This document shows, in pieces, positions 14,055-26,649 of a stretch of DNA of 64,000 nt. Origin of the DNA: Gnetum montanum (taxonomy: Eukaryota; Plantae; Gnetophyta). Every line of letters starts with the position of its first letter. The stretch's first letter is position 1. The notes under the pieces are model-generated. The model had not been told where the DNA came from and ran no database searches. It was given only the letters and a program-made list of their open reading frames with translations. The stretch lies in assembly GCA_015680685.1 (NCBI GenBank), contig MNCI01002485.1, positions 930,439 to 994,438 on the forward strand. Reading direction: 5' to 3'. Both the position numbers and the translations under genes were made by a program.

Positions 14055-17000
14055 CTCGGACGCCTCCAGGAGCGGCAAGAGGATGGGGAGGACCTGCACA
14101 CGGAAGAGATGTGCCTCCTTCGCCTACTCCAGAGTCTCGACAGCGAGGAGGAGCTCTATTGGCGGCAGCGGTCCCGGGTTCGGTGGCTCCACGAGGGGGA
14201 CCGGCACACGAAGTTCTTCTTCGCCATGGCCAAGGCCCGGGGCGATGCCCGCATCCGCAGCCTCCGTTCCCAGGATAGGGGGGTGGTTACTGATCCGCGG
14301 GGGATCACGGGCGAGCTCTGTGGCTACTGGGGTAGGATTTGGGCCAAGCGTGCCACCCGGCCCATTTCGGTCCCTGTGGCGAAGGTGCTCACGGCTGCGG
14401 ACAATCTGCGCCTTCTGGCTCCCTTCTCCATGACCGAGTTGACCACCACCATCAACAACATGCTCGGTGGTAAAGCGCCGGGCCCGGACGGTTGGTCTCT
14501 GGAGTTCTTCAAAGCCTTTTTGGATATTGTGGGCCCCAATCTCCTTGACGCTTTTAACGTCATGCTGGCTAGACGGCAAGTGCGGCGGGAGCTCAACTGC
14601 TCGCGCATCATCTGCATCCCCAAGCAGCTGAATGCAGACCGCCTTGAGCACTTTCACCCTATTGGTGTGTGCAATGTCCTCATCCGCATTTTCTCCAAAC
14701 TTTTGGTCAACAGCCTTGGCCCCCTCCTTCCTCGGTTGGTTGGTCACAATCAGGCGGGATTCGTCCAGGGTAGGACCCTCCAGGACCAGGTCCTTCTTAT
14801 GCAGGAGGTCATTCACTCCCTCCGCACCACGGGGTTTCCGGGACTCTGTCTCAAGCTGGATATCGCGAAGGCATACGACACGCTTAGTTGGGAGGCTCTT
14901 CATGATATCATGCTTAGGAAAGGCTTCGACCATGGTTTTATCCGGCTGTGTGTGCATCTCCAGTCCTCCGCCGGGTTTTCATTTGACGTGGGGGGACGGC
15001 TTTGGGGGTTCTCCTCCCCTGGTCGTGGTCTGAGGCAGGGTGACCCCCTGTCTCCTTTGCTTTTCATCATCGCCATGGACCTCATGCAGTCCTACTGTCG
15101 CGCCTCGGGGGTGGAGGGCCTTGACATTGCGGGGGTGGCTTGCCGCGTTGAGCACTACGCGGACGACACCATGCTTCTTTGNNNNNNNNNNNNNNNNNNN
15201 NNNNNNNNNNNNNNNNNNNNNNNNNNNNNNNNNNNNNNNNNNNNNNNNNNNNNNNNNNNNNNNNNNNNNNNNNNNNNNNNNNNNNNNNNNNNNNNNNNNN
15301 NNNNNNNNNNNNNNNNNNNNNNNNNNNNNNNNNNNNNNNNNNNNNNNNNNNNNNNNNNNNNNNNNNNNNNNNNNNNNNNNNNNNNNNNNNNNNNNNNNNN
15401 NNNNNNNNNNNNNNNNNNNNNNNNNNNNNNNNNNNNNNNNNNNNNNNNNNNNNNNNNNNNNNNNNNNNNNNNNNNNNNNNNNNNNNNNNNNNNNNNNNNN
15501 NNNNNNNNNNTGGTCTATCGGCTCTCTCGGGCTCGGGGGAAGTGTAGTCAGTGGGGCCGTATCGTGCGACGGAAGTACATGCCCTGGATCTCCGGCTCGC
15601 ACATCTCGAGGCCTTGGTCGTCTCTGTGCCAGCACGTGCGGTGGATGTTGGACAGGAACTGGCTCCACCTCGAGCCTCGTGCCCTTTTGGCCCATAAATA
15701 CCCTCCTGAGGACGGTTGGATGGCGGTTTGGCGCGGGTGGCTCCCCGAAAAAGTGAAGATCTTCCTGTGGCTGTTGAAGTCTGCTGCGCTCCCCGTTCGT
15801 GTCTTCCTGCAGCAGCGCAGCGTTTTACAGGACCCCACGTGTCCGCGGTGTGGCCACGCCCCTGAAACTCTTAACCACTTTGTTTATGATTGCCCCTGCA
15901 TGTGCGCCACTTGGCGCGCATGCAGAAGACCCCCTCCGCGGCGATTTGACGGTGATTCCTGGTCGATGCTTTTACTCTGGCTCGCCTGGAAGGCGCGGAA
16001 CCGCACCATGTTCTCGCAGGTAGCTACCCCCTCCCCTCAGCAGCTAATTCAGCAGACGCGCTGGGCGTGGTGCGAGACGGTGGCCGCGATGGGGAAGATG
16101 CCACTGTTTGAGCCTGGCTGTGTGGATTTCCAGGGGGATGGGGAGCTGTGGCGGATGGTTTGCCAGTGCGGATGGGATGTGATGCTGCCGTGGTTGGTCG
16201 GGGACCCTGACCTGTCTGACAATTCCTTCTTTACCAACTGGCGCGGCGATCAAACCTTCTTCCGTGGACGAGTTATTCGCCTGACAGAGGCTGATTTGGC
16301 AAACTACCTGGGGGTCCCGGCCGCTGGGGAGACCATCTCGCCTACTTCCCGTGGCCTCCATAACTCGGCGGTTTTCTTCCATNNNNNNNNNNNNNNNNNN
16401 NNNNNNNNNNNNNNNNNNNNNNNNNNNNNNNNNNNNNNNNNNNNNNNNNNNNNNNNNNNNNNNNNNNNNNNNNNNNNNNNNNNNNNNNNNNNNNNNNNNN
16501 NNNNNNNNNNNNNNNNNNNNNNNNNNNNNNNNNNNNNNNNNNNNNNNNNNNNNNNNNNNNNNNNNNNNNNNNNNNNNNNNNNNNNNNNNNNNNNNNNNNN
16601 NNNNNNNNNNNNNNNNNNNNNNNNNNNNNNNNNNNNNNNNNNNNNNNNNNNNNNNNNNNNNNNNNNNNNNNNNNNNNNNNNNNNNNNNNNNNNNNNNNNN
16701 NNNNNNNNNNNNNNNNNNNNNNNNNNNNNNNNNNNNNNNNNNNNNNNNNNNNNNNNNNNNNNNNNNNNNNNNNNNNNNNNNNNNNNNNNNNNNNNNNNNN
16801 NNNNNNNNNNNNNNNNNNNNNNNNNNNNNNNNNNNNNNNNNNNNNNNNNNNNNNNNNNNNNNNNNNNNNNNNNNNNNNNNNNNNNNNNNNNNNNNNNNNN
16901 NNNNNNNNNNNNNNNNNNNNNNNNNNNNNNNNNNNNNNNNNNNNNNNNNNNNNNNNNNNNNNNNNNNNNNNNNNNNNNNNNNNNNNNNNNNNNNNNNNNN

Positions 17001-17323
17001 NNNNNNNNNNNNNNNNNNGGCGCCCCCCCGCAGTGGGAGGTTGCTGCCGCCAAGGCGGCGGAGCAGCGGTTGGAGGAGGCTCGGTGGGCTGTGGCGCTGG
17101 CCGAATGGCGGGCCGACCACGAAACCCAGCTCCGGGAGCAGGCGCAGCAGCTGAATAGGCAGCATACGCTTGCGATGGAGACCCTGCATGCCCAGATCAC
17201 AGATGAGCTCTGGGATCGGCTCAGGGAGGAGCTGCGGCAGGATGAGGCGGACCGGCAGGCCCGGGAGGTGGCGGCCTGGGAGGAGTAGGAGCGGTTGCAG
17301 GAGGAGGAGCTGCAGCGGCAGCG
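14055..17323 (+). CDS. L1 ORF2 reverse transcriptase + zf-RVT + unusual C-terminal PMD/Transposase_32-like domain and coiled coil (contains gaps; TAG at 17286)
   Basis: WRQRSRVRWLHEGDRHTKFF, KAPGPDG, QAGFVQGR, KLDIAKAYD, GRGLRQGDPLSPLLF, YADD; zf-RVT CPRCG...ETLNH...C; WKARN. Then GWDVML...FFTNW...FRGRVIRLTEADLANYLGVPAAGE and an E/Q/R-rich helix. Confidence 0.9.
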
Positions 17324-17795
17324 GNNNNNNNNNNNNNNNNNNNNNNNNNNNNNNNNNNNNNNNNNNNNNNNNNNNNNNNNNNNNNNNNNNNNNNNNNNNN
17401 NNNNNNNNNNNNNNNNNNNNNNNNNNNNNNNNNNNNNNNNNNNNNNNNNNNNNNNNNNNNNNNNNNNNNNNNNNNNNNNNNNNNNNNNNNNNNNNNNNNN
17501 NNNNNNNNNNNNNNNNNNNNNNNNNNNNNNNNNNNNNNNNNNNNNNNNNNNNNNNNNNNNNNNNNNNNNNNNNNNNNNNNNNNNNNNNNNNNNNNNNNNN
17601 NNNNNNNNNNNNNNNNNNNNNNNNNNNNNNNNNNNNNNNNNNNNNNNNNNNNNNNNNNNNNNNNNNNNNNNNNNNNNNNNNNNNNNNNNNNNNNNNNNNN
17701 NNNNNNNNNNNNNNNNNNNNNNNNNNNNNNNNNNNNNNNTCGTGTAACTTTCTTTCAGTAATACACTCCCGAACATTCTCTCAAAAAAAAAACAC

Positions 17796-18660
17796 TCTAT
17801 GTTGATGGTCCTACAATGGAATACTATTAGTGTGCTTGGGTAAAACCAAAGCCCACACAATCCTAGAGTAAGTTCACTAGGGTGTTTGTGGGGGACATAT
17901 AGGACCTAGAGCAATGATTGGTAAGATTAGATAGTTAGGCTATTACTGATTCTATATAGAAAGAATTTCCTATAGAAGATTAAAACTTGTGACATGTGCC
18001 AACAACATAGTAACCTTATACACGTATTGCCAACTAAGTTACACACCACTCAAATAACTTGGTTATTTCAATGATGGGGGTTGGATATCATTAGACATAT
18101 AACACCTAAGTCTTCCATATGGCATAAATTTATCATAATAGCAATTGAATACTTTACGAAGTGAACTAAAGCTATTTCCCTAAAAAGAAAAACATCTAAT
18201 TTTTTTTTAAATTTATACTTGACAACACAGTAGCTTGTTTTGAAATACCTATGATCATAGTCATTGAAAATGAGCCATAGTTTAGTAGCCAAAAAATGAA
18301 AAATTTTTGTTACAACCTAGTAATTAAGAATTCCTTCTCATCACCATATTACCCTCAAGGGAATGGACAAGCTGAAGTAAGTCATAAGGCCATCATATAC
18401 ATACTCAAGAAGATGTTGAACAATAATAAGCACAAGTGGCATGAGTAGCTTGTCCATGCACTTTGGGCCTATGGAATAACTTATTGAACTATAACCAATG
18501 TAATCTCATATAGGTTGGTTTATGATTTTGAAGCTATTTTACCTCTTGAATTGTAGGTGCCATCACTCCAAGTAGCCTTATTTAACTTTATGAATGATGA
18601 ACAAAATAAGGAGCTATGTACCATGGAACTGGACTTAGTGGAGGAGCAAGGGGAGCTACA
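17796..18660 (+). pseudogene. Integrase of element A (degenerate)
   Basis: Zinc-binding remnant (VHxGVCGGH...KTCDMCQQH), QxWGLDII, IEYFTK, SSPYYPQGNGQAEVSHK, HALWAY. Confidence 0.88.
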
Positions 18661-19738
18661 ACAATGGAGCCTTTAGTTTAGTGGATATGGATGGGAATGA
18701 GCTAGCCAATATAGTTAATCATTCCTATCTAAAGTCCTACTACATGTAGCTTGTGGAGACCAAAAATTATCATCTACAACCAATAAGAAGTGAGCCTATA
18801 GGACCTCTTTTTGCATAATGGATGAACTATGGAATTTTATAACATTGGTGACCTTAGATAGCTTGGTTTGCTGATTATCTTGTATGGAAGTATTAATTGT
18901 ATTATAATAACATGATCTTTAGTTTGGTTTCTTATTCTCTTAGAGTTGTGCTTGTAGGATGAAGCTTGGAGTCATCTAGGAGGTGCAACTCATTATGGTA
19001 GAAATTCATCATGTGACCTTGATGTGTAAGATTCATTAAGTTTGGCCTATTGTACCAAGAGTGCTTGCTCCACATCATTACCATTACCACTTCTTGAGCC
19101 CATTCTTATGGCCTAATTTAAACATTCCTTACCCTAAGCAACAATGATGATCTTTTTTGACATTCATGTATAGTGGTCACATGACATCCCTTCGTTATGC
19201 TCCACCATCAAGTTTGTTGAATGTAACATATCTCATTTAATGGAAAAACAAAATTAAAACCAACCTTGATAATGAAAATAAATGAAGGTTTGACCCTAAT
19301 AAAAAAATGAGGAAGAAAATTATCAAGAGGTCGAATGACCAATGAAAACCAAGGAAACAAACCAATGACTCCATAAATGCAAAGAGGGGAGCCTAATGAT
19401 CAGAGAAACCTTGGAGTGAGATGTTGGTTCCTCAAACACATTGTTGAGTGACCAATACTCTAAAACATGAAATGCAAAGACTTATTATCTAATCTACATG
19501 TAAGTGCCATATCATAGTTATGATGTTAACATTTGGAAGTTACTGTTAACCTTGTAACCATCTCCTTATAGCCAATGATAGCCCTTATCCTAACCTCATC
19601 CCATAATTATCACAAGCACTCTTTGACATGGTTCAATACTACTAAATCAAGTGTGAATAAGGAATGTGGGTGATGGACCTATGGTAGTGTTTTGTATGCT
19701 TTGTAAATGTCTCTCAGGTCTATTCTCCAAACATCAAC

Positions 19739-19751
19739 AAAGAGGGGCCAA
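19739..19751 (+). promoter_or_regulatory. Polypurine tract of element A
   Basis: aaagaggggccaa directly before the LTR start; same arrangement as in B (22264-22276) and C (56776-56787). Confidence 0.75.
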
Positions 19752-20500
19752 TAGAACATCACCAAAAATTCATGTTGCAAACTATAACCTATATTTCCCA
19801 ACCTAAGATAAGATTTTATTGTAAATGTAAGGTTTTTAGTCCATGGGCTACAATCTTGTATACTTTATCTTTTTGTGACTAAAAAATGCCTCAAAATTTG
19901 TTATTACCTCACTTACCAAGTTAAAAAAGTTACCTTGTGTCTATATTTGGGCTTGGGAAGGTTAAAATTGACTTTGGAATGGCCAAAATTAGCATTTTCA
20001 TGGGTTATTGTAGAAGTATAGTCTCAACTACGTTGGAACCATCTACCCCTCAATGTAGATGGAATTCATAGGATTTTTCATTTCCAACCTACCATAGTCA
20101 CCACCAAAATCCAATGTAGATGCAAGGTTGGAATTTTTGGGATTTTTCATCTCCATTTTCCCAATAGTGGCCAACATAGCCACCCCAAGTCCTCAGCAAT
20201 TACACCATGGCTAGCGTAGACAACATTTTCTATGGTTTTCAACATTTTCCATGGTTTCCAACATTTTAAATGGTTTCTAGCATTTTCCATAATTTTCAAC
20301 ATTTTCCATGGTTTCCAACATTTTCCATGATTTCTAGCATTTCCTAGCAGTTTCCACATTTTTCATAGTTTTTAACATTTTCCAACAACTTTAGTGTAGT
20401 TCACCTAGGCTAGCATAGTTGGGATGGTGTTAGTGTAGTTATAAAAAAGTCCATTTACTATTTATAGTAAATGGATGGACTTTAGTGACTATGGTGTATT
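19752..20500 (+). repeat. 3' LTR of element A (partial; end not defined), with a ~19-bp tandem repeat at 20220-20390
   Basis: Begins tagaacatcaccaaaaatt, similar to tgaaacaccaccaaattt in the C LTR. Contains ttttccatggtttccaaca repeats and actacgtt/ctagcgtag motifs. Confidence 0.6.
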
Positions 20501-20679
20501 CTAAATTTACTCTAAATGGAAACTATGCTAAAAATTGTAACTATTGTAACTTGCAATTTGACATTAATCTATCAATAATCATGACAATGATGTGAAAATC
20601 CTAAAATATGCAATCCATGACCTATATAAACCCAGCATAGAAAAATTATTCTAGTTTCATAACCTAAAAAAATGGTAGC

Positions 20680-21210
20680 AGTGTTGCAACCAAAAACCTC
20701 ATTTGCTAGAATGAAAGCCAATGATCCTTAGTGCAAGTACTTCCCCAACCTTGAATCCCTAGGGCCTTCATGATAAAAATGTGATTCAAGGTGCCTTGGT
20801 TGATCTAGAAGATCAACTAGGGACTTATGATATGCAAAACATGAAAATATCAATAGAATTTAATAATGCACAAATAATAAATTTATTTTTGAACACAAAA
20901 ATCAAAACTCAAAACTTTATCAAGAAACGAATAAAGAATAAGTTAGAGAAATGTGTACAAATGGTGCTTAGATGAGCAAAAAAGGGGCTTCACTTGTGTA
21001 AGAGTTCAAAGATCATTGAAGCTGAGGTGATTTGCTCCACACTCTAGGTGCTAAGCCACTCTTGATGTTATTTAACCTCCCTTTTCTACTACAACTTTAG
21101 ATTTTCTAATTGGGTCGTTGTTGGGGCAGGGTCCGGGGGGGTGGGTTGAGAAAGGTGAAAAATTTGGATACCAAGTTGCTCCATGTTGGGGTTTGGAAAT
21201 CCCAACAGTA
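20680..21210 (-). repeat. LTR-like (R/U5) fragment related to 34919-35555 in opposite orientation
   Basis: ttgctagaat...ccttgaatccctagggcc is the reverse complement of ggcccttgggattcaagg...attctagcaa at ~35470-35540. Confidence 0.5.
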
Positions 21211-21216
21211 TGGTGT

Positions 21217-22263
21217 TGATATAAAAAATCCACCAAATCTCAAGGCCTTCCTACTTCCATGCTGGGGTTCAAGAGAATGCAAGTATGGGAACTTACAAGA
21301 GCTCTTGAGCACCTAAAAATGCCCTAAGTATGGAATTGTGGATGTGTAAATTGTTTAATAATTTCTTAAACAAAAACTACATAAGCTATTGAAAATTGCT
21401 CAACTTTGGAACAACTTATATGTCAAAAATTTTTACACCTTGTCAAAATTTGCTGAACTTGTAAATGGTGTTGAGGCTAGCTTTTATAGGATCTTTGGGC
21501 CATGAATGGGGCTACAAATTGGCTACTAAATTTAGGTGAAATGGAAACCAATATTTGGGGGTTTATAAACATAGTAAGTGCTTCCCCCCATAGCCATTAT
21601 ATTTACTAAAAATAGCAACAAAGGTACCCCTTTCACATTGGAGATGACTCTTCCTTGCTAAGCTCTCCACCATGCTTATTGAAGTGGCTAGTCAATGTTG
21701 AAGTGCATAAATTAATGAATTTTCCATCTTGTGGCTTTCATGGTGGGCGATTGAATTTTTCACATTGGGGAGAAGGGGACTTTCTAGGTTGGAAAAAAGC
21801 TATCCAAGTTGGGGGGAAAGTTTCTAAGCTAGGGGGAAACTTTCCAAGCTGGGGAAGATACTTTTCAAAATGTTCCTTTGATCTCAATGTTAAAGGGAGG
21901 CTGAAGTTTTCAAGACCCTCATCTTTCCAAGCTAGGGGTAAGTGAGATTTACCTCCTCCATGTGTTTTTAGTGTATAAAAATATCTACCACCCACAAAAC
22001 CCATCAAATTACCTAGTTTGGAATTCCTAAAGGCATTTTGACCCCCTAGCCTAAATATAAACACTAGATGAATTTTTTCACTTGGAGAATGAGGCATTCA
22101 CCACTTATGAGACATTTATTAAATCCAAAACTATAATTCATGTGAAATTGCTCATTGTGGGTTATAATTTTCACATTTACAATGAAAATTTACCTTGGGT
22201 TTCATGGGGTGAAAGCTACATGATGAAGATTGATTATAACATGTAAAATTTTGTGGTGTTTTA
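21217..22263 (-). repeat. 3' LTR of element B
   Basis: Colinear with 33828-34918 (caaggcc..ctacttccatg.tggggttcaagagaat...gattataacatg); TATA-like cctataaaag at ~21485. Confidence 0.85.
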
Positions 22264-22559
22264 ATGGCCCCTCTTTATCGATGTTTGGAGGATTGACCCA
22301 AGAGGCATTAACAAAGAATAGAAAACATCATTACATATTATAATGCTACAATGCATAGAGGCCACATTAGAATTGGGCTATCTAGGTTATCAATGTTGCT
22401 AGGTTAAGGCCATGGTGGATCATGGTACTAGTTTGAGGTCCTAGCAGGTCATGTTGCTAGTTTAAGGTTGTAATAGACTATTGAAAGTAGGCTTGCTTAT
22501 TGATGATCTATTAGCTACATGTAGTGTGGCTTTAGATAGGAATGATTAACTGAATTGAC

Positions 22560-23640
22560 CATCTCGTTCTCATCCATGTCAGCTGTTCTAAATGCTCCAT
22601 TTCTATAGGCTTTGGTGATAAGAAAGGGCCCTTCCTAGTTGGCTAAGAATTTGTCCACATGCTCATGGATGACCTTGAGGATGAGGTTCCCCTCCTTGAT
22701 CCTGTGCATGGTCAAGTTATGATGATGTCACTTCTATCTCTTCTTATGGTGCTTAGTGTGAGCAAGCTCTTGCATACACTGCTTCTCCACTAAATTTAGG
22801 ACTACCATCCCCAACTACTTACTCTACTCATTGTTGATGAAGTTGGTCAAGGCTACTTAGAGTGATGACACCTATAATTCAAGAGGTAAAATAGCTTCAA
22901 AACCATAAACAAGGCTATAAGGCGTCATGTTGATTACTTTGAGATAGGTTATTCTATATTCCCCTAGTTTATGGATAAGCCACTCATGCCACTTCCACTT
23001 GCTATTGTTGAGCATCTTCTTGAGTAATTTGATGATGGCTTTGTTGCTTCTACTTTTTCATTGGCTTGATGGTAGTAATGCAATGAGAAAAAAAGCTTAA
23101 TGCCTAGGTTGTGACAAAAATCATTGGTTTCTTGGCTACTAAATTAGGATCCATTATTTGTGAATCTAGTCATGGGTATGCCAAAATGAGCTACAATGTT
23201 GTCTAGGATAAACTTGCAAACTTGTTTAGGTGTGTTCTTCCTTAGGAGAATAGCCTCAACCCACTTGGTAAAGTATTTGATTATGGTGATGATGAAGCTA
23301 TGTCCCATGGTAGACTTAAGCTTTATGGGTCCAATGATATCCAACCCCCACCATTGAAATGACCATGTTATTTGGGTTATATGCAACTTAGTTGGCAGTA
23401 CATGTATTAGGTTGCTATAATGTTGGCATGTGTCACATTGCTTAACCTTTTATAGGTAGTTATTTTTTATATGAGGCCAATAGTAACATGACCATCTAAT
23501 TTTATTAGCCATGGCTCTAGGTCCTATATGTCCTCAAAAAATACCCTCATGAACCTCCTCTAGGATTATTCTAGCTTCAATTTTACCTAAGCACTCTAGG
23601 AGTATTCCATCATAGGATCATCAACATAATGTGTTATCAC
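22560..23640 (-). pseudogene. Integrase of element B
   Basis: ORF 23144-23386: WSFQWWGLDIIGPI...YFTKWVEAI...HFGIPM...TNNGS. Confidence 0.92.
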
Positions 23641-23869
23641 CTATTATGACATACTACTTAATGGCATCCTTCTAAGAAGTAGTCATTCCTTGTGAGGATT
23701 CACCATGCATAAGGTAAAATTTGATATTGTCATACCACTCTTTGGAAGTAATAGTATGAATGATGGCCATAAAGGTAACCTTAGTGTTTGGTTTGATGGA
23801 AATAGTACACTCCACAATGAAGGTGGATAACTTGCTAAACACATATGGTGTCAAACAAAGCGATAATGT

Positions 23870-24240
23870 TGCAATTGCATTAGCTATGGAATTTTCATTT
23901 CTAGGTATGTGTTGGATATCAACATCTATAAATTTTGATAACAATTACTTTCCTAGGCCATAGTAAGGTTGTAAATGCTTAGCTTCACATGCATAGACTT
24001 CAGTCACTTGGTTAACCATGAGTTGTGAATTTCCTTTAATGGCTAGGCATCTAATTTTCAAGTCACAAGCTACCATTATTGCTCTAATCAAACCCTCATA
24101 TTCTATTATGTTGTTGGTACATGAGAACCAAAAATGATAGCCAAAGGGCTGGATTTCACTAGATGGAAATGTTATGATGGTAGCAGCATTAGCTTCATGG
24201 GTGGTTGAAGCTTTGTCGAAGTTCATGAATACCTCATAAC
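23870..24240 (-). pseudogene. aRH (archaeal-type RNase HI) of element B
   Basis: MNFDKAS...SCTNNIIEYEGLI...KGNSQLMVNQV...QHIPRNENSIANAIA. Confidence 0.9.
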
Positions 24241-24329
24241 CCTTGATCACTTGGCTAACTGTATTAATGTGCTCATCAAGGAACTCAGGATTTATGGCTG
24301 CTTGGTCATTAATAGGTGAAACTATGAGC

Positions 24330-26020
24330 TGTACAACTATAGCTTGACATTTTGTTGAGGATTTAGAGATGTAATTGAGGTTAAACTTTGTAGTTGTCGC
24401 TTTCCATCAAGCTATAAAACTACTTTTGTAGATGTTGGTCATTATGGATCTAAGTATGTTGTCCTTACAAATTATGTTGACTTGGCTTTTGAAGAGGTAG
24501 TATCTCCATTTCTTCAAAGAGAAGACTAGTGCAAGATAATACTTCTTCACTTTAGTGTATTGAGTCTTGTGGGCCACTAACTTATGGCTAAGATAGTGTA
24601 CAAGCATTTCTGCTCTGTCATCATGTTTGTGATAGAGTATAGAGGCAATGGATGTATTATAAATGGTCAAATAAATGTAAAATAGTATACCCTCTTACAG
24701 AGCATAGACTATTGGTAGTTGTGTCCATTCTTACTTAAGGTTTTCAAAGGCTTCTTAGCATTGAGCCATCCACTCATAGCGAACTCCTTTCTTAAGCAAG
24801 CGGTGCATGGATTGTAACTTATCTGTAAGCTTAGTGATAAATCTACAAATAAATTATAATCTATCTTGTAATCCTTGAAGCTCCTTCAGGTTGGTAGGTG
24901 CTTCCAATTTGGATATGACCTTCATCTTATTATGATCTACATGTATCCCTACTTCAAAGACTACAAAACCAAGCGTCTTACCAATCTTGACATCAAAGAA
25001 ACACTTCTTAGGATTGAGCATAAGCTCATATTTGAGGCATCATTTAAGCAAAAGATCTAGTCCATTAACATGATATTAGCTATTTTAGACTTCACGGCTA
25101 TGTCATCTACATAATCATTAAGCAAACCTAACATGTAATCATTGAAGATATAGGCCATGGATCTTTGGTATGTCACTGCATTATTATTAAGGCTAAAGGG
25201 CATCATGGTATAACAAAAGGTATCCCATGAGGTCATGAAGGTTATATTGAGGTGGTGATTTGGGTTGATCCTAATTTGGTTATATCTCAAGAACCCATCC
25301 ATAAAGGACAACAAGGGATGTTTAGCTATAGTATTGATAAGTTGATCAATACTAGGCAAAGGGAAGTCATCCTTGATAGTTTCATTATTTAGGTTTCAAA
25401 AATCAATGCAAATATGGATACTCCCATTTTCCTTTGGGACTACTACTATGTTGGATACCCATTCTGCATAACTAATAGCCCTAATGAAACTTACTTGGTA
25501 AATCTTTGAGATTTCATCACAAACTACCAAGGCTAAATTAGGTGTAATCTTGTGCACTTTTTGTTTAACTAGTCTAATGCTAGGCTCCAGTATGATGTTG
25601 TGTTGGATTAGATGTGGGTCTAGGCCTAGCATATCTTCATATGACCTAGCAAATACCTTAATATTATTTTGTAAGATTTTGGTGATGTCTTGGGCACATT
25701 GAGGCTCTAGTGAGGAACTTAGTTTAAGAGTTTTCTCCTCAGAACTATATGTTATGATTGGAACCTTAACTAGAGATTCTTCGATTATGTCTCCTACTCC
25801 TAAGTCAATGGTTTTGACTAGGTTTTCAGGCCATTTTAGAGGTTTCTCTATCGAGGCTATGTGGTCTACAAGACTCTTAGGCTCAAGATATAGGAAACTA
25901 GGGTAAATACACTATTTAATATCATCATGAGGTTCATGTAGACATAAAGGAAAATTGATTTTCTCCTAGGTACTCATACTTTGATCTTGCATATCAGCCA
26001 AAAGCATATTAAGTGGAACC
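24330..26020 (-). pseudogene. pol: RT + RNase H of element B
   Basis: MLGLDPHLIQHNI...EWVSNIVVVPKENG...CIDF; PSIDQLIN...SFMDGFLRYNQI...MPFSL...DYVDDI; HYLSHKL...YTKVKKYYLAL. Confidence 0.93.
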
Positions 26021-26184
26021 TATGTAAAAGTGAATAAATAATGTTAAAGTGCCATAAACCATATGCAAATCTAATGCAATCAAGGCCATCCAAGGTCATC
26101 AATAAGATAAGGTCAATTCATAAAGGTAAAAAAAAGGGAAATATAAGGAGTAAGACCAAAAATGATTAATAAAGGTCACAATTT

Positions 26185-26270
26185 TGCTAGTTTAAGGCCT
26201 TATCTGGCCATGATGCTAGTTTAAGGCCTTATCTGACTATGATGCTAGTTTAATGCCTTAATGGGCCATT
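26185..26270. repeat. ~28-bp tandem repeat (tgctagtttaaggccttatctggccatga) x3
   Basis: Directly visible. Confidence 0.85.
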
Positions 26271-26649
26271 GTCATATGGTATGAAATAGTGGTCAAGGAA
26301 GGTCAAAATTTACTATTTAATACCATTTAAAGGCCAAACAAAGGTAACTAGAGCTATAATAAGTTAAACAATGAACATATAAGGTTATATAAAGGCCATA
26401 GAAGGTTAACAATGTCGACAAGCCAACATAAGTCCAAAAATAAGCCAAAACATTACATAATAAGGAGAAAATCAAGCAAAATAAGTTAGATATGATATAA
26501 TTTGGTTAATATAGATAAAAAAATGGTTAGGGTTTTGCTAGTTTTAGGCCTTAATAGGCCATATCTTTAGGCTACAAGGCTATTATGTGAGTTGAAGCAT
26601 TAGTTAAACTTGTTTATGGGTTTTCTAGTCATAAAAATCAAATGTTTTC

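Larger units (their letters stand above)
11232..17790 (+). mobile_element. L1-clade non-LTR retrotransposon (young, GC-rich) inserted into pol of element A
   Basis: Abrupt GC/CpG-rich island containing ORF1 (DUF4283-like) and ORF2 (APE endonuclease, RT, zf-RVT). A10 tail at 17783-17792; AACAC at 11227-11231 and 17791-17795. The Gypsy sequence ...ggcaataacac|tctatgttgatgg... rejoins as in the uninterrupted homolog at ~23600-23650. Confidence 0.93.
1..20500 (+). mobile_element. Decayed Ty3/Gypsy Tat/Ogre-type LTR retrotransposon A (5' part outside window; interrupted by L1)
   Basis: Protease-tail remnants at 1-520 are homologous to 44050-44700 and 33430-33800. RT/RNase H ~8850-10500, aRH ~10620-10990, integrase ~17800-18660, PPT AAAGAGGGG at ~19739, then LTR-like sequence. 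The right end is uncertain. Confidence 0.85.

Noticed and set aside
11175-16237. Numerous overlapping antisense and alternate-frame ORFs in the L1
   Set aside because: Expected by-product of high GC content; no recognisable motifs.
12326-17739. Very long ORFs (e.g. 1059 aa, 518 aa, 381 aa) spanning N-runs
   Set aside because: Lengths and frames across the four gaps are artifacts; only gap-free segments were interpreted. The short RT-to-zf-RVT distance may reflect an underestimated gap.
11232-17790. GC-rich island as bacterial contamination or horizontal transfer
   Set aside because: It is a plant-type L1 with TSD and poly-A precisely interrupting a Gypsy pol; high GC is explained by young age.
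20147-20359. ORF with repeated KCWKPWKML peptide
   Set aside because: Translation of a ~19-bp LTR tandem repeat; not a credible protein.
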